Below the pieces are notes generated by a model. The model saw only the letters and a list, made by a program, of their open reading frames with translations. It did no database searches and had not been told where the DNA came from. Shown here in pieces: positions 42,998 to 43,998 of a stretch of DNA of 43,998 nt. The position numbers and the translations under genes are program-made. The stretch's first letter is position 1. Each line of letters starts with the position of its first letter. The DNA comes from a virus. Where the stretch lies: IMG/VR virus record IMGVR_UViG_3300020576_007250; one strand, 5' to 3'.

Positions 42998-43759
42998 ATG
43001 GATTGGTTTAGGATGGGATCCCTGACAGGATCCCTTTCTGTCGTTAAAAAGGAACACATGGCCAAGACATCCAAAGCACCGGTGAAACCCATTGGTCGAA
43101 TTCTTTACTCAGAGATTTACACATGGTCTCCATATGGTCTTGGCGGTGAATCCAAGTACGATCGAGTCTGCGAGTGCAAAGGTTACTCTGACGATCGTCC
43201 GTTCAGCGTGTTCCTTCACAAGGATCCTGAAGACAAGAGTCCTTGGAAGGTGTGTTATCATTGGCGCAACGAGGATGGTTACAAGCAGAAGACGGTCAAT
43301 ATTTTCGGACGTCCTGAACAACGTACTGACGAAGACACGTATCACATGACAGACATTCTGCAGGCACACGCTTCAAAGACAGCTGCACAGAAAGTAATGC
43401 GTGAGCTTGGAACAAAAAGTGTCCGTCGGATTCGCGGCAGCATGATGGAAGCGTGCGAGTCGATTCCCGATATCACAATCATGGGTAAGAAGGTCAACGA
43501 GATTCATCTGCTCGTCACCTTCAACGGGTTTACCCTCACCCTTCGAGATACATGGGATGTCGTTCAAAATCGTATTCCCATCTATATGAATGGTGCTGAG
43601 CGATGGTCAGCCAGTCACCACCCATGGGACAAGCAGAGTCTCCGTGACTTCACAGATATCATCGTCAATGCCTTCAAGGTCGGCGCGCCCGATCACATTC
43701 CTCTCACGGCATCGAAGAGTCACAGCATTTTGGTGAGTGAAAATGTCAAGCACAGTTGA
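42998..43759 (+). CDS. hypothetical protein
   Basis: 253 aa; alternative start ATG 43058 (MAKTSKAPV) with AGGA 6 nt upstream. Confidence 0.5.
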   Translation: MDWFRMGSLTGSLSVVKKEHMAKTSKAPVKPIGRILYSEIYTWSPYGLGGESKYDRVCECKGYSDDRPFSVFLHKDPEDKSPWKVCYHWRNEDGYKQKTVNIFGRPEQRTDEDTYHMTDILQAHASKTAAQKVMRELGTKSVRRIRGSMMEACESIPDITIMGKKVNEIHLLVTFNGFTLTLRDTWDVVQNRIPIYMNGAERWSASHHPWDKQSLRDFTDIIVNAFKVGAPDHIPLTASKSHSILVSENVKHS

Positions 43760-43891
43760 GGTGATCCCGACACATCGCGACTTCTTTGGTCGTGAATTGG
43801 CGATCGTACGGGTGAAGTGGAAAAACGCACTGATCAACGGAATGGACAGTGAATACTTGTCGACGCCTGACTTTTTGATCAAGCGAATGTG
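43742..43891 (+). CDS. hypothetical small protein (49 aa)
   Basis: ATG ORF below track threshold filling gap before last motif copy; overlaps upstream gene end by 18 nt. Confidence 0.25.
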
Positions 43892-43902
43892 AAAGTCGCT
43901 GT

Positions 43903-43924
43903 TGATCTGAGGTAGAGTTAGATC
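43903..43924 (+). promoter_or_regulatory. conserved upstream element, copy 9
   Basis: TGATCTGAGGTAGAGTTAGATC then ATG 43925. Confidence 0.5.
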
Positions 43925-43998
43925 ATGAACCAAGTCAAGTGCAACTTCAAGTGGACGATCTGCGGTGGTTTCAAACACATCAGCGTCAAGAATCCATG
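43925..43998 (+). CDS. hypothetical protein, N-terminal fragment (runs off window)
   Basis: MNQVKCNFKWTICGGFKHISVKNP... directly after motif copy 9. Confidence 0.4.
   Translation, partial: MNQVKCNFKWTICGGFKHISVKNP

Noticed and set aside
37739-43924. Treating GAGGT in the conserved element as a plain Shine-Dalgarno sequence only
   Set aside because: The conserved span (22 nt including flanking GATC and AGATC that pair with each other) is much longer than an SD. Most other genes in the window have no SD-like sequence at all.
43607-43978. Minus-strand ORF 43607-43978
   Set aside because: It spans a plus-strand conserved upstream element and the start of a plus gene, and it is antisense to the end of 42998-43759. 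Plus-strand organisation is consistent throughout 41.3-44 kb.
1-43998. tRNA, rRNA and CRISPR search
   Set aside because: No T-loop-like GTTCGAATC or GTTCAAATC contexts with acceptor-stem pairing were seen by eye, and no regularly spaced short direct repeats. The only repeat structures are protein-coding paralog arrays and the regulatory motif copies. A tRNAscan-type run would be needed to be certain.
1-43998. Eukaryotic giant-virus (NCLDV) origin, suggested by MVP, TANGO2-like, TSP1-like repeats and the Gly-rich protein
   Set aside because: Not excluded. However lipobox signal peptides, a sigma70-like -35/-10 promoter with GGAG, bacterial IF-1, rho-independent-like terminators, pervasive ATGA coupling and T4-type homing endonucleases fit a bacterial virus or mobile element better.

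Overview
This 44 kb window reads as a densely packed, virus-like accessory region, most plausibly from a jumbo phage or another large mobile element of a bacterial host; that call is inference from the features below. The supporting features are short genes on both strands, many ATGA/GTGA start-stop overlaps, a bacterial sigma70-like promoter, hairpin terminators, lipobox signal peptides, and free-standing GIY-YIG and EndoVII/HNH homing endonucleases. No virion or replication core genes, tRNA, rRNA or CRISPR were found.

Recognisable genes:
- a divergent GroEL/Cpn60 chaperonin
- a bacterial-type IF-1
- an AAA+ ATPase in a four-gene coupled block with an NRDE/TANGO2-like protein
- a PP-lambda-type metallophosphatase
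- a minimal nucleotidyltransferase and a ParB-like nuclease-domain protein in one coupled block
- an 886-aa major vault protein (MVP) homolog with its own promoter and terminator
- a secreted lipoprotein combining GH5, an esterase, TSP1-like repeats and a carbohydrate-binding module
- a glycine-rich protein next to a glycosyltransferase
- a RecA/RadA-core ATPase and a GIY-YIG/NUMOD3 endonuclease

The most striking structure is one small-protein family that dominates the window, with about 35 copies including one pseudogene. Members carry an N-terminal [FL]xPGDxV motif and a C-terminal hydrophobic-Trp motif (LGW, VLW or VRW), and I predict a small SH3/Tudor/KOW-like beta-barrel. Twelve to thirteen copies form a head-to-tail, translationally coupled array at 30.7-33.9 kb. 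A second operon-like run of twelve copies lies on the minus strand at 15.3-19.9 kb.

The last ~9.5 kb (34.4-44 kb) is GC-richer. Its genes are preceded by a conserved ~22-nt element, GATCTGAGGTA-N6-AGATC, that sits immediately before the ATG and is flanked by GATC sites. A GATC-dense 300-bp non-coding region marks the compositional boundary.
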